Source of the DNA: Bacteroidota bacterium
Lineage (GTDB): Bacteria > Bacteroidota > Bacteroidia > J057 > JADKCL01
Direction: 5' to 3'
DNA length: 28,078 nt
NCBI GenBank assembly: GCA_043718485.1
Contig: JAYSVQ010000023.1
Location: forward strand, 1 to 28,078
The notes beneath the pieces were generated by a model. The model worked only from the letters and a program-made list of their open reading frames with translations, did not search any database and had not been told where the DNA came from. Within the stretch, counting starts at the first letter, position 1. Every line of letters starts with the position of its first letter. The position numbers and the translations under genes were made by a program. Positions 1 through 9,859 of the stretch are shown piece by piece.

Positions 1-195
1 AAATTATATGCGTAACCGTATCGTTCAAAATACACAACCCCGTACTAAAAAATACTCAACAAGACGAGCAAAATTCAGTAAAATCATTATTCTTTTGCCC
101 ATTTTAATGATAAATCGCATTTTTTTTGAACTAACCCATTTTCGGGAATCTTCTTTGCAAGGAATGAAACGTAGATCATTTAATCGTACAGAATT

Positions 196-795
196 ATGAA
201 AAAGCACAACTCAAATTCGACCCATCTTCTAATCACACTCGGACTATTTCTGAGTCTAGTTGGGTGCCATGTAGACGTGTATCACGAACCACCCCCACCT
301 CCTTGCTATCAAGGCAGAAACGGAGTCACGGGCCAGGCTTTTTTTGCTCTCAATTATTCGGTTGCAAAGCCCTTATACATCTGGGGCAATAACCCCTCAT
401 TTCCTAATCACTTTTATTTCGACACTTACTATTTCACTTATCCTGGATCTTACCAATTGTACTACGAGGGCGCATTCTATAACGGTCCCAATTATGTAGA
501 ATACTACTGGGATGTGAACTATGAAATTTGGGTAAACCCTGGAAGTTATGGCGGCCCTTGTTATGACGGTGCGAATGGTGCTGACTCTTACCTCAGCCTT
601 TGGTTAGACCCTTACGGCCCAGGGGTTGAGCGAATAAACAAAAAAGAGGTAGAATATGAATTGATTAGCAGCAGTTCAGACAAAATTGAAATTGAATTGA
701 AAAATTCGGGCGGTGGAATGCGTGCGACCTTTTTAAGATTGACAGAAAGCAAAAAAGGATTGCACGATCATGGCAGCGAATACATTGTAAAATAA
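196..795 (+). CDS. Hypothetical Tyr-rich lipoprotein
   Basis: 199 aa ORF; basic N-terminus, hydrophobic stretch and lipobox LVG-C24; no family recognised. Confidence 0.75.
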   Translation: MKKHNSNSTHLLITLGLFLSLVGCHVDVYHEPPPPPCYQGRNGVTGQAFFALNYSVAKPLYIWGNNPSFPNHFYFDTYYFTYPGSYQLYYEGAFYNGPNYVEYYWDVNYEIWVNPGSYGGPCYDGANGADSYLSLWLDPYGPGVERINKKEVEYELISSSSDKIEIELKNSGGGMRATFLRLTESKKGLHDHGSEYIVK

Positions 796-824
796 AATTG
801 TTTCTACGTTTGGGTTTTGGTTGA

Positions 825-859
825 TGAATTCGGGCCTCCTGCAAGGGCGGCCCGATTCA
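825..859. terminator. Hairpin between convergent genes, probable bidirectional terminator
   Basis: tgaattcgggcc-tcct-GCAA-gggc-ggcccgattca; GC-rich stem with GNRA loop, overlaps the asnB stop; T-run follows on + strand. Confidence 0.55.
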
Positions 860-2689
860 ATTTTTAGCCAACCAATAATTTAAAACAGCCAATCGCCAAA
901 CCAATTGGGCATTTCTTACATCTCCCTTTTTATATTTCTCTAATTCAAGTTTTGCTCTTTTCCCATCTATAAAATCAATTTTTGAAGGATCAAAATTAAG
1001 AAGGTGCTTTAAAGAACCTGCTAACCACTTTTTCTCACCTGGCGTTACGAATCCCTTTTTATCTGTTCGCAATCTAATTCCTTCGGGCAAAATGCCTTTC
1101 ATTGAGGACCTAAGAATTTGCTTGGTCCATGTGTCACGAATTTTGTCTTCAATCGGCAAGGAATAAGCAAATTCTACTAATCTATGGTCTAAAAATGGAA
1201 CGCGGGATTCTATCGAAAACCACATTGAATTACGATCCTCAAAGTGCAAGAGCGAAGGCAAAGTCGTATCAAACAAAAGGTTTGAAGAAAATTCTCTAAC
1301 CCTATCTGTTTGATAATCTGGCAAAGAAACCGCCCTTTTTGCAGAAATTTCAGGAATGAGGAGGGGAAATTTCATGTTATACTCTAATTCGAGAATTTGA
1401 GATTCTGTTCGAAATAAAGTTACCAGGCTTTTCATTAAGATTTGGGAAGACTCTTTTACCGACAAACCCAAAACCTTTTTCCGTTTTGCGATATCCTGCA
1501 AAACTTTAAGCCATTGAAATTTCTTAATCCACTCCGCGTATACCCTAAAAAAAGTGTGATGATAACCCGCCAAATATTCATCTGAGCCTTGTCCATCTAA
1601 CAGTACTTTCATCTTTTCTGAAGCTGCCATTTTCATGACAAAAAACTGCGAATAAGGAGAAGAACCGGGTGGGGGGATTTCCTGACAATTCACAAATGAA
1701 TCAAAATCCTCCAAAATTTCATCGTGTGTCGGCTCTTTAAAAAAGGGTTTAATATTTTTATTTTGGTCAAGAATTTGATTTACAAAAGGTCGCTCATCAA
1801 CTTCATTTTGTCCTGTATAAAAAATAGTAAAGGTTCGAAAGGATTGGTTCGGAAAAAGGGAACAATACAAAGAAGCTATGCTTGAACTATCGAGGCCACC
1901 ACTAAGACAAGCCCCAACTTCAACATCACTTCGTGAATGCAATCGTACGCTTTGTTCGAAACCATTTTTAAAAGCATTTATTTTTTCTGCCTCAGAAAGG
2001 GGAATTTCTTTTCCGGCTTCAAGTTTCCAATATTGTTCAATTCTAATTTTACCATCATAGTACCACAAATTATGTGCTGAGGGTAACTGAGAAATAGAGG
2101 CAAAATAGGTTTCGTTTCTATGAGAAGTAAAACCCAATTGCAAACCACGGCTAACTTGGGCTAAATTTAACCCAGAAGTAAAGGCAGGAGAAATTTTTAA
2201 TGACCGATACTCTGATGCAAAATAAAACGCATCTCCTTTTACGCAATAGTTAAAAGGTTTTATTCCAAAACGGTCTCTTGAGCAAAAAAGCGTTTTTGCT
2301 TTTTTGTCCCAAATGGCTAAGGCCCACATTCCCATAAATTTCTTTACACAGTCGCCTCCCCATTGTTTAAAAGAAGAAAGGATAACCTCTGTATCAGAAG
2401 CGCTTGTAAAAAAATGACCTAAAGTTTCTAGTTCCTTTTTAATCTCTAAATAATTGTACACTTCGCCATTAAAGGTTATGACCAAGCCGTCCTTCTCCAT
2501 CGGTTGCGCACCTGTATCTGTTAAATCTATGATGCTTAATCGATTATGGCCAAAAACCAGAGGGCCATCGGCAAAAAAGCCAAAAGCATCAGGCCCGCGG
2601 TGATGGGTAAGCTTGAGCATAGTATGCATCAAGTCTTTACCCTGGTCGGCGGTTAAGCTTGAATCAAAAAATCCGGCGATTCCACACAT
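857..2689 (-). CDS. asnB: Asparagine synthase (glutamine-hydrolysing) family amidotransferase
   Basis: N-terminal MCGIAG Ntn nucleophile, HRGPD, GHNRLSIID, FNGEVYN, RDRFGIKP, LSGGLDSS, DGQGSDE, ESRVPFLD motifs. Confidence 0.95.
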   Translation of the reverse strand: MCGIAGFFDSSLTADQGKDLMHTMLKLTHHRGPDAFGFFADGPLVFGHNRLSIIDLTDTGAQPMEKDGLVITFNGEVYNYLEIKKELETLGHFFTSASDTEVILSSFKQWGGDCVKKFMGMWALAIWDKKAKTLFCSRDRFGIKPFNYCVKGDAFYFASEYRSLKISPAFTSGLNLAQVSRGLQLGFTSHRNETYFASISQLPSAHNLWYYDGKIRIEQYWKLEAGKEIPLSEAEKINAFKNGFEQSVRLHSRSDVEVGACLSGGLDSSSIASLYCSLFPNQSFRTFTIFYTGQNEVDERPFVNQILDQNKNIKPFFKEPTHDEILEDFDSFVNCQEIPPPGSSPYSQFFVMKMAASEKMKVLLDGQGSDEYLAGYHHTFFRVYAEWIKKFQWLKVLQDIAKRKKVLGLSVKESSQILMKSLVTLFRTESQILELEYNMKFPLLIPEISAKRAVSLPDYQTDRVREFSSNLLFDTTLPSLLHFEDRNSMWFSIESRVPFLDHRLVEFAYSLPIEDKIRDTWTKQILRSSMKGILPEGIRLRTDKKGFVTPGEKKWLAGSLKHLLNFDPSKIDFIDGKRAKLELEKYKKGDVRNAQLVWRLAVLNYWLAKN

Positions 2690-2818
2690 AAATTAACCGC
2701 TGAAATTAACCTTAAACTTGCAGAATCGAAATAGCTAAACCAGTTTCAGAAATGACTTGAAAGTATTTTTGGTTTTGAAATTGCCTCCTTAGCTTGCGTT
2801 AAAACATAAAAGCCATTT

Positions 2819-4078
2819 TTGAATAAAAAAATTTTAATCGTTTCTTTTAGTTTCCCTCCCTACCCCGGTATTGGCGGGAGGCGATGGGCAAAATTTGCAA
2901 AAGCACTTTGTCACCTCGGATATGATGTTTTTGTGCTTTCTGCACAAGCACCAAAAGGCGCTACATCGGAATGGACAAAAGACATAGAGGGACTAAAACT
3001 AAAACGATATTTTTTCAAAGATCGCTATCCAAGGGTCTTAATTCAACCTGCTCAACATTTGGGTGACCGAATTTGGTTTAAGGTTCTTACTTTTTTGCTC
3101 TCCCTTTTCACAAAAGGAAATTATTTTGATCGCAGTTTTTTCAACAAAAAGGAGATAAAACAAATTACAGAAAAAATAATTAAAGAAAATGAAATCGAAA
3201 CGGTCATTGCTTCCGGAGGGCCGTTTCATATGCTGTATAGTTTGGCTCAATTGAAACAAATTCAAACAACCCTTAACTTCATTGTTGACATCAGAGACCC
3301 TTGGGCAAACAATCAAGAATTTTATGGAATGTCTATTTTGCCTGAAAAAAAGAAACAAGAGGAAAAAAGAATGGAGAAATTCGTAATTTCTCAGGCAGAC
3401 ACCGTATTTACCGTGGCAGATGAAATGACCGAATATTTCAGAAAAATAAATGAAAAAGAAAACTTGCAGATTATCACCCTACACAATGGCTTTGACCCTG
3501 CCGATTTTAACTTTGAAACTAAAACTCAAGAATCAGAAAAAACTCGATTTATTTTTGCAGGTAGCTTGTACCCGGGAACTGAGTATGCATGGTTGCCCTT
3601 TCTTCAGGCCCTGCATGATTTGAAGAAAAACTATCCTGACATCGAAGCGCTAATGCAATTTGATTTTTATGGCCAATTACCTCATTCATTTATTAAGCAG
3701 GTAAAAGAATTCAACCTACAATCCATTCAAATTCATGGACAGGTTCCGCTCCTAAAAATTCATGAAGAAATTTCGAAATCCCAATACTGTTTATTGTTTC
3801 TAAACCGCAGCCTTAACTTTTCATTGAGTACAAAATTTTTTGAATATTTAGCCTTTAACAGAATGATTGTGGTTTGCGGAGAAAGTGGAGCGACCTCAGC
3901 CTTTGTAAAAAATAAGGGAATCGGATACGGATTTGAACCTCAAAAAATGCTGCCCGGTTTTCTTGAATTGATGAAGGATTTTGACTCGGGAAAAATACAG
4001 CCCAATGCATCTTTTGACCGCAATACTTTCTCACTGCCAGAAATAACAAAGAAATTGGACGAAATTCTAAAAGGATGA
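2819..4078 (+). CDS. Glycosyltransferase family 4
   Basis: FPPYPGIGGRRWAKF N-terminus, DIRDPW, HNGFD, STKFFEYLA; TTG start; ATGA overlap with next gene. Confidence 0.85.
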   Translation: MNKKILIVSFSFPPYPGIGGRRWAKFAKALCHLGYDVFVLSAQAPKGATSEWTKDIEGLKLKRYFFKDRYPRVLIQPAQHLGDRIWFKVLTFLLSLFTKGNYFDRSFFNKKEIKQITEKIIKENEIETVIASGGPFHMLYSLAQLKQIQTTLNFIVDIRDPWANNQEFYGMSILPEKKKQEEKRMEKFVISQADTVFTVADEMTEYFRKINEKENLQIITLHNGFDPADFNFETKTQESEKTRFIFAGSLYPGTEYAWLPFLQALHDLKKNYPDIEALMQFDFYGQLPHSFIKQVKEFNLQSIQIHGQVPLLKIHEEISKSQYCLLFLNRSLNFSLSTKFFEYLAFNRMIVVCGESGATSAFVKNKGIGYGFEPQKMLPGFLELMKDFDSGKIQPNASFDRNTFSLPEITKKLDEILKG

Positions 4079-5280
4079 AAATTCTTTATTTTTCACCTAG
4101 TCCCCATTTGAATCTATCTGCGCCCGCAGGCTACGGCACTCATATGCGTGAAATGATAGAGGCATTTCGCAAAGAGGGTACAATTGTTTCTACTTTTATT
4201 GCGGGAGGAGAATTGCCAGATGAATTGCCTAATTCAAATTCTGACCTTGCTTTTAAATCCAAAATAAAAAAATGGATTCCCGGCATCATCTGGCAATCCC
4301 TTAAAGATTGGCGGTCAATTCAATTTGACAAAAAACTTGAAATTGAATTGGAAGCCAGAATTGTCAAAGAAAAGCCAGACTTAATTTATGAACGCGCGGA
4401 AACTTTTTGCGTTTCTGGTTTGCGGATGTGCAAGAAATTAGGCATTCCACATATTCTGGAAATCAACGCACCCCTTTTAGAAGAGCGTTACAAGCTCGGC
4501 CAAAATTCCCTTTTTTATCGTGTTGGCAAAAAGAGAGAGTGTGAGCAACTTAAATATGCAGGAAAAGTGATAACGGTTTCAAAAACCTTAAAAAATTATT
4601 TTGTAACGCAGTATAAAGTAGAAGAACATCAAATTGTTGTTATTCATAATTCAATCAATCCAGAGAGAATTAATCTATCAAATTTAAATGTACTGTCTAA
4701 ACAAATTTTATTCCCAGAATTTGAACACCCGAAAATAATTGGGTTTGTGGGTTCTATTTTTCCGTGGCATGGCATTGATATTCTCATCGAAAGCGTGAGT
4801 TTGCTTCAACAATTGTACCCGAATATTTGCCTATTAATTGTCGGTTCTGGAGAAATAATACCTGACTTAAAACAATTAGCTTCCAAGACATTAAAAATAA
4901 ACAGTTATCATTTTACAGGAAATATTGACCATAAAAAAGTATTTACCTACCTCCCTTTATTTGATTTTGCCGCGATTCCAAATTCACACTGGTACGGATC
5001 GCCCGTCAAACTTTTTGAATATGCGGCCTTTGGCATACCCATTGTTGCCGTCAAAAATGGACCGGTAAGTGAAATCATAGAAGATAGACAAAATGGATAC
5101 TTAATTTTGCCTCAACCCAAAGAAATGGCAGACACATTTATAGAGGCCCTTCAAAATGAAGCCCTTTCAAAAAAAATGGGAGAAAGGTTAAAAGAAAAAG
5201 TGATGACTGAACACACATGGCAGGGCACTGCTAAAAAAGTAATCGCTTTAGCAAAAATGCTCTCCTCAAAAAGGGGTTAA
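4075..5280 (+). CDS. Glycosyltransferase family 4
   Basis: GFVGSIFPWHGID, SPVKLFEYAAFGIPIV GT-B C-terminal motifs. Confidence 0.9.
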   Translation: MKILYFSPSPHLNLSAPAGYGTHMREMIEAFRKEGTIVSTFIAGGELPDELPNSNSDLAFKSKIKKWIPGIIWQSLKDWRSIQFDKKLEIELEARIVKEKPDLIYERAETFCVSGLRMCKKLGIPHILEINAPLLEERYKLGQNSLFYRVGKKRECEQLKYAGKVITVSKTLKNYFVTQYKVEEHQIVVIHNSINPERINLSNLNVLSKQILFPEFEHPKIIGFVGSIFPWHGIDILIESVSLLQQLYPNICLLIVGSGEIIPDLKQLASKTLKINSYHFTGNIDHKKVFTYLPLFDFAAIPNSHWYGSPVKLFEYAAFGIPIVAVKNGPVSEIIEDRQNGYLILPQPKEMADTFIEALQNEALSKKMGERLKEKVMTEHTWQGTAKKVIALAKMLSSKRG

Positions 5281-5368
5281 ATTGACCTTCTAAATAAAAT
5301 TTTATGCTCACAAACGGGGTATGGTATGCCCGAAAATTTCAACTAGATTTACAACCAAATTAATTTCC

Positions 5369-6289
5369 ATGAAAAAAATTAACCTATTGATTGCATGCCT
5401 GATTGTTTTGGTTTTTAGCCATTGCAGCAAGGACCTTTATCCTTTAAAATTTAACCCCCAATCCGGTGTTTCCTACAAGTTCACAAGCAAATTAACACAA
5501 GTCATTGCCCAAGAAATGATGGGCCAAAAAGTGAATATGGAACAAAAAATGGGGTTTGAGTATTTATTTAAAATAATTGATGCCCCAGCTGGCGGAGATG
5601 CTTCCATCGAAGTAACCTACAGCCGAATTACCCTGGACGTTGATAATGAAATGATGAAAATACATTTCGACTCAGACAATATTAAACCCGAAGACAATGA
5701 TAATGCAATGGTTGCCGTTTTTTCGGCTTTAAAAGGGGTACAATATAATATGGTTGTGGGTCAAGATGGTAGCGTAAAAAAAATGGAAGGCCTTGAGAAA
5801 ATGATAAGCCAAATGGTTGAATCTCTCGGTGCTGTCAGCAAGTTGAGCGAGGCCGAAATAGAGGAAATGCATCAAACCATGAAGAATGAATACTCTGAGG
5901 AAAAATTAAGAAATCAAATGGAAAACACTTTTCGTATTTTCCCGCCTAAAGACGTTGGTGTTGGCGATAAATGGACGCTCAACAAGAAAATTGACGGCAT
6001 AGTTCCCATCGATTCCGAAACGCATTACCAATTAAAATCGCTTGATGAAAGTTTTGCGATTATTGACATGGAATCAGAATTTGACACAAAAGAAGAAGTA
6101 GACATACAAGGAATGAAAGCAAAATTGAAAGGAAAGCAATCTGGTTTTTTCAAGGTAGATAAAGAAAGTGGATTTATTATGGAATCTACTATGGATCAAG
6201 AATTTTCCGGAAACATGGAAATGATGGGAATGTCGATTCCCTTGAGCATTAAATCAACCATGTTAATGACTTCGGAAAAATTAAAGTAA
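5369..6289 (+). CDS. DUF6263-like exported/lipoprotein
   Basis: Start moved to MKKINLL (ATG 5369); signal peptide ending FSH-C; beta-rich Met/Glu-rich body resembling Bacteroidota DUF6263 proteins (recognition only). Confidence 0.6.
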   Translation: MKKINLLIACLIVLVFSHCSKDLYPLKFNPQSGVSYKFTSKLTQVIAQEMMGQKVNMEQKMGFEYLFKIIDAPAGGDASIEVTYSRITLDVDNEMMKIHFDSDNIKPEDNDNAMVAVFSALKGVQYNMVVGQDGSVKKMEGLEKMISQMVESLGAVSKLSEAEIEEMHQTMKNEYSEEKLRNQMENTFRIFPPKDVGVGDKWTLNKKIDGIVPIDSETHYQLKSLDESFAIIDMESEFDTKEEVDIQGMKAKLKGKQSGFFKVDKESGFIMESTMDQEFSGNMEMMGMSIPLSIKSTMLMTSEKLK

Positions 6290-6294
6290 AGGGT

Positions 6295-7377
6295 CTATTC
6301 CCCTTGAATTTCAATAGATTCGAGATGCAACAGGGTAAATATTCGAATTACGAACTCCTCTTTGAGGCCTAATTTTTTTGCTGTAATTCGGGCTTGTTCT
6401 AAAACCTCGCTCCAACGATTGTATTCATAAAAAGGTAAATTGTTTGCCTTTTTCAAGGCGCCAATATTTTTACTGATATCCATTCTTTCTGCTAAAAGTT
6501 CTACCAAATGCGAATCGATCTCATCAATCTGGTTTCGGTGAAGGCGAATTCTTTCCTCATAAATAGGATTAATGGAACCTTGTTTTCGAAAATGCAATTT
6601 GGCCAACATGGCGAGTAATTCCTCTGGCTTCAATTGCTGTTCTGCATCTGACAAAGCCTGAGTAGGATTAGGATGGGTTTCCACCATTAACCCTTCATAT
6701 CCTAAATCCAGCGCCTTTTGTGATATATAAGCGATATATTCTTTTTTTCCTGAAATATGGCTTGGGTCACAGATCATTGGGAGCAGGGGAAAGCGCCTCT
6801 TCATTTCAATGGGAATTTCCCATAAAGGCATGTTGCGCAAAAGTGTTTTTGCGTACACATTAAACCCACGATGGCAAACCCAAATTTCTTGAATATCGGC
6901 ACGCATGATTCTTTCTACCGCACCTGCCCACAATTCTACATCGGGGTTTATTGGGTTCTTTACCATCACCGGAATATCTACTCCTTTTAATGCATCGGCG
7001 ATTTCCTGCACCGTAAATGGGTTAACGGTGGTTCTGGCTCCCAACCACAGCAGGTTAATTTCATTTTTTAAGGCTAATTCAACATGGCGAGCATTTGCCA
7101 CCTCGGTCGCAGTTTTCAACCCGGTTTCTTTACCAGCGTCTCTTAACCATTTTAAAGCTGAATCTCCGGCACCCGCAAAACTATCGGGTCTGGTTCTCGG
7201 CTTCCATATGCCTGCCCGGAAATATTTAATTCCACTGTTTTTAAGGGCATGCGCTGTTTCAAATACCTGCTTTTTAGTTTCTGCGCTGCAGGGCCCGGCA
7301 ATAATAAAGGATTGACTCGAATCAAATCCTGCCTCAGAAATATTTTTATCCCCCTGCAATAATTTTTTCTCTGTCAT
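6295..7377 (-). CDS. Bifunctional DAHP synthase (type I beta) / C-terminal chorismate mutase
   Basis: IAGPCSAE, RAGIWKPRTRP, WLGARTTVNP, KNP, CHRGF, DPSH, GLMVETHP; C-terminal AroQ-like helix RNQIDEIDSHLVELLAERM. ATG 7377 preferred to TTG 7395. Confidence 0.9.
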   Translation of the reverse strand: MTEKKLLQGDKNISEAGFDSSQSFIIAGPCSAETKKQVFETAHALKNSGIKYFRAGIWKPRTRPDSFAGAGDSALKWLRDAGKETGLKTATEVANARHVELALKNEINLLWLGARTTVNPFTVQEIADALKGVDIPVMVKNPINPDVELWAGAVERIMRADIQEIWVCHRGFNVYAKTLLRNMPLWEIPIEMKRRFPLLPMICDPSHISGKKEYIAYISQKALDLGYEGLMVETHPNPTQALSDAEQQLKPEELLAMLAKLHFRKQGSINPIYEERIRLHRNQIDEIDSHLVELLAERMDISKNIGALKKANNLPFYEYNRWSEVLEQARITAKKLGLKEEFVIRIFTLLHLESIEIQGE

Positions 7378-7551
7378 AGATGAAATTGGCTGCAAGATAA
7401 GGTAAGTTTAGCATAGGATTGTTTAGATTAGCCTTTGAGATTTGTTTTGAAAAGCTTAGAAAAAGAATTTTTTCTAATAGATTAGACTTTTTATTCATTT
7501 TTCTTTGAATTTGATTTATTTCTTGCTCAAAAACTGTAATTCTAATCCCTT

Positions 7552-8691
7552 TTGAGAACGTTTAAACGGGTAATTTTGTTTTTCGTTTTATTTGGAATTC
7601 CAGGCTTTCAAATAAGTCAAACAGCTGGGCATTATATAATATTGGGCGATAACCTATACCGCTCAGGCGACTATCCGGGTGCCTTAAACGAATATCAAAA
7701 AGCATTAAAAAAAAACAGAAAACAGGGCGAGGCTCGATTTAACGTCGGTCTTTGTCATTACCAATTGGGGGCGTTTAAAGAGGGCGAAAAACAATTCAAA
7801 AAATCGCTGAAGCATTACAGAAACAAATCAGAGCCTAGATTTTATTTGTCTCTTTGCCAATCCGGAAGGGGAAAAACAAAATTAGCGGAAAGAAGTTTGA
7901 TAAAATCGCTAAAAAGCGATTCAACAAATGCCCAAGCGTGGTTTTATCTGGGAAAAGTCAGAATGGCAAGATCCCACCCAAATTCTGCCGTGACAGCATT
8001 TGAGCAGGCAACAAAATTAGACCCCTTAAATCCGCAACATTGGATGGAGTTAGGTAATGCTAGTTTTATCTCCGGAGATTTATCATCGGCAGTAAATCAT
8101 TTTGGAAATGTTTTACAACTCGAGCCGGAAAATGCTAAAGCCTTTTATAATCGGGGCAGGGCAAAAAGTCTAATGAAAAATAATGTGGGTGCCTTAATGG
8201 ACTTTACCGGCGCTATATATTCCGACTCTCTTGATAAATTTTCTTATTTGAGTCGAGGTGTGATTTATTTGCGATTGAATTTATCGCGCGAGTCAATTCA
8301 AGATTTTAGCCATGCCATTGAAATAGACTCTAATGATGCTGAAGCGTATTTTAATCGTGCCTTTGTAAACCTTCAAATTCAATTTTGGGACAAATCAGAA
8401 AGTGATTTTAAAAAATGCATGGAGCTGAATCCTTCAGATTACGAATCTGCCTATTTTCTTTCTAGGGTTTATTTTGCCAAAGGCCAGGAAAAAATTGCAA
8501 TTGCTTGGGCTAATCGTTGTTTGAAAATTAATAAAAAATACTTTCAGGCCTATGTAATCAAAGGGGATATTTATCTTGCACAAGGTGCATTTAGTAAGGC
8601 TTGTAATGTTTGGAAAAAAGCAAGTCGCTCAAAAGACCCAGATGTTAGGAAGGCCGCTCGATTCAGAAGTCAAAAGAATTGTGGTTCCTGA
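7552..8691 (+). CDS. Tetratricopeptide repeat protein, probably exported
   Basis: About nine tandem 34-aa TPR units (e.g. AWFYLGKVRM, AFYNRGRAK, AYFNRAFV); hydrophobic N-terminus; TTG start. Confidence 0.85.
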   Translation: MRTFKRVILFFVLFGIPGFQISQTAGHYIILGDNLYRSGDYPGALNEYQKALKKNRKQGEARFNVGLCHYQLGAFKEGEKQFKKSLKHYRNKSEPRFYLSLCQSGRGKTKLAERSLIKSLKSDSTNAQAWFYLGKVRMARSHPNSAVTAFEQATKLDPLNPQHWMELGNASFISGDLSSAVNHFGNVLQLEPENAKAFYNRGRAKSLMKNNVGALMDFTGAIYSDSLDKFSYLSRGVIYLRLNLSRESIQDFSHAIEIDSNDAEAYFNRAFVNLQIQFWDKSESDFKKCMELNPSDYESAYFLSRVYFAKGQEKIAIAWANRCLKINKKYFQAYVIKGDIYLAQGAFSKACNVWKKASRSKDPDVRKAARFRSQKNCGS

Positions 8692-8694
8692 ATT

Positions 8695-9606
8695 TCAGAC
8701 GTTTTTCTCAAATTTTCGTTCCAGCATCGGATGCAGAAATACAGAACCAACCACCAATAAGGCCCCCAAATAGAATCCTACACCCATTTCTTTGTGTTCC
8801 TTAAATATTGCGATAGCCATAATGATTCCATATACCGGCTCAAGATTAATGGTGAGGTTTACAGTGAAGGTGGATAATACTTTTAAGGCTTTAAGAGAAG
8901 AAATATAGGCTAAAGAAGTACATAGCAAAGAAAGAACTAAAAGCCACAGCATATCCCAACCCTTTGGAATCACCGAAGGCAAACCCTCAGACCAGATTTG
9001 CCAAATAAAAATTGGAGAAAATAAAAATAGCCCAATTCCCATTTCTGCAAATGTGACGAGTGAGGGGGAAATTTCAGTTACCCACTTTTTATTCAATACA
9101 GAAAAAAGAGTGCCTAAAATTGCAGATGCAATGCCCATAACGATTCCTGCAATTGGCACCTCAGTAAACGTATAGATAAGGTAAATTCCGGGTACGACTA
9201 AAAGCCCAAGTAAGGCCTCATGCATACGGAATGGCTTTTTGATAATTAATGGCTCTAAAAGTGCGGTGAAAAAACTAGCGGTAGCAATACAACATAGCGT
9301 AACTGAAACATTGGAAATTTTTATGGCGCCAAAAAATAACATCCAATGGGTTGATAATAAAAAACCTACCGTGGCAATCTTTAATAAATCGAGGGTTGAA
9401 AGGCTTTTAAAAGCCTTGAGCATTCCCGGTAGTGCAATAAAGGAAAGGGTGGTAAACAACATTCTGTACCAAACGGTAGCTATTCCTCCCAAAGAAATTA
9501 ACCTCCCTAAAATGGCTGTAAAACCAAAAAGAAAAACAGCAAAATGTAAATGAATAAAGGCCTCAGACCTTGTTACCTTTCCACTCCCAAAGATTTTTTT
9601 TATCAT
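8695..9606 (-). CDS. EamA/DMT family transporter
   Basis: About 10 TM helices in two repeats; FGFTAILGRLI, INLEPVYGI motifs. Confidence 0.88.
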   Translation of the reverse strand: MIKKIFGSGKVTRSEAFIHLHFAVFLFGFTAILGRLISLGGIATVWYRMLFTTLSFIALPGMLKAFKSLSTLDLLKIATVGFLLSTHWMLFFGAIKISNVSVTLCCIATASFFTALLEPLIIKKPFRMHEALLGLLVVPGIYLIYTFTEVPIAGIVMGIASAILGTLFSVLNKKWVTEISPSLVTFAEMGIGLFLFSPIFIWQIWSEGLPSVIPKGWDMLWLLVLSLLCTSLAYISSLKALKVLSTFTVNLTINLEPVYGIIMAIAIFKEHKEMGVGFYLGALLVVGSVFLHPMLERKFEKNV

Positions 9607-9618
9607 GCCTTCTCAGGT

Positions 9619-9626
9619 CAAAATTA
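9619..9626 (-). promoter_or_regulatory. Bacteroidota -7 promoter element for the EamA gene
   Basis: TAATTTTG on minus strand matches TAnnTTTG, 12 nt upstream of ATG; no clear -33 box. Confidence 0.45.
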
Positions 9627-9859
9627 GTACCTGATTGCATTTTAATGGGTAAAGTGTAGAAAATCGTCGTCTCTTTTTTTACATTGATTATCAACCATTT
9701 ACAAATAATATGCAAGGCCCAACCGGTACTAAAAAACAAATGGAGGGTAGATTTTAACCGTTGGGTCTTTTTAGAGGATTAACTCTACTGATTTTCGCAA
9801 TTTTAGGATTCAATTTACAGAAATAGCTTTTGCTTTTGAACATTTCAACCCAATCTCCA

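Noticed and set aside
1-207. ORFs 8..199 (+) and 25..207 (-)
   Set aside because: Mutually overlapping, no recognisable motifs, overlap the lipoprotein start; probably intergenic.
2764-2771. TATTTTTG match to the -7 promoter before the GT4 genes
   Set aside because: Low-complexity match in an AT-rich region with no supporting -33 box.
7456-7477. Palindrome ttagaaaaa-gaat-tttttctaa in a divergent intergenic region
   Set aside because: Almost all A/T runs and single copy; expected by chance.
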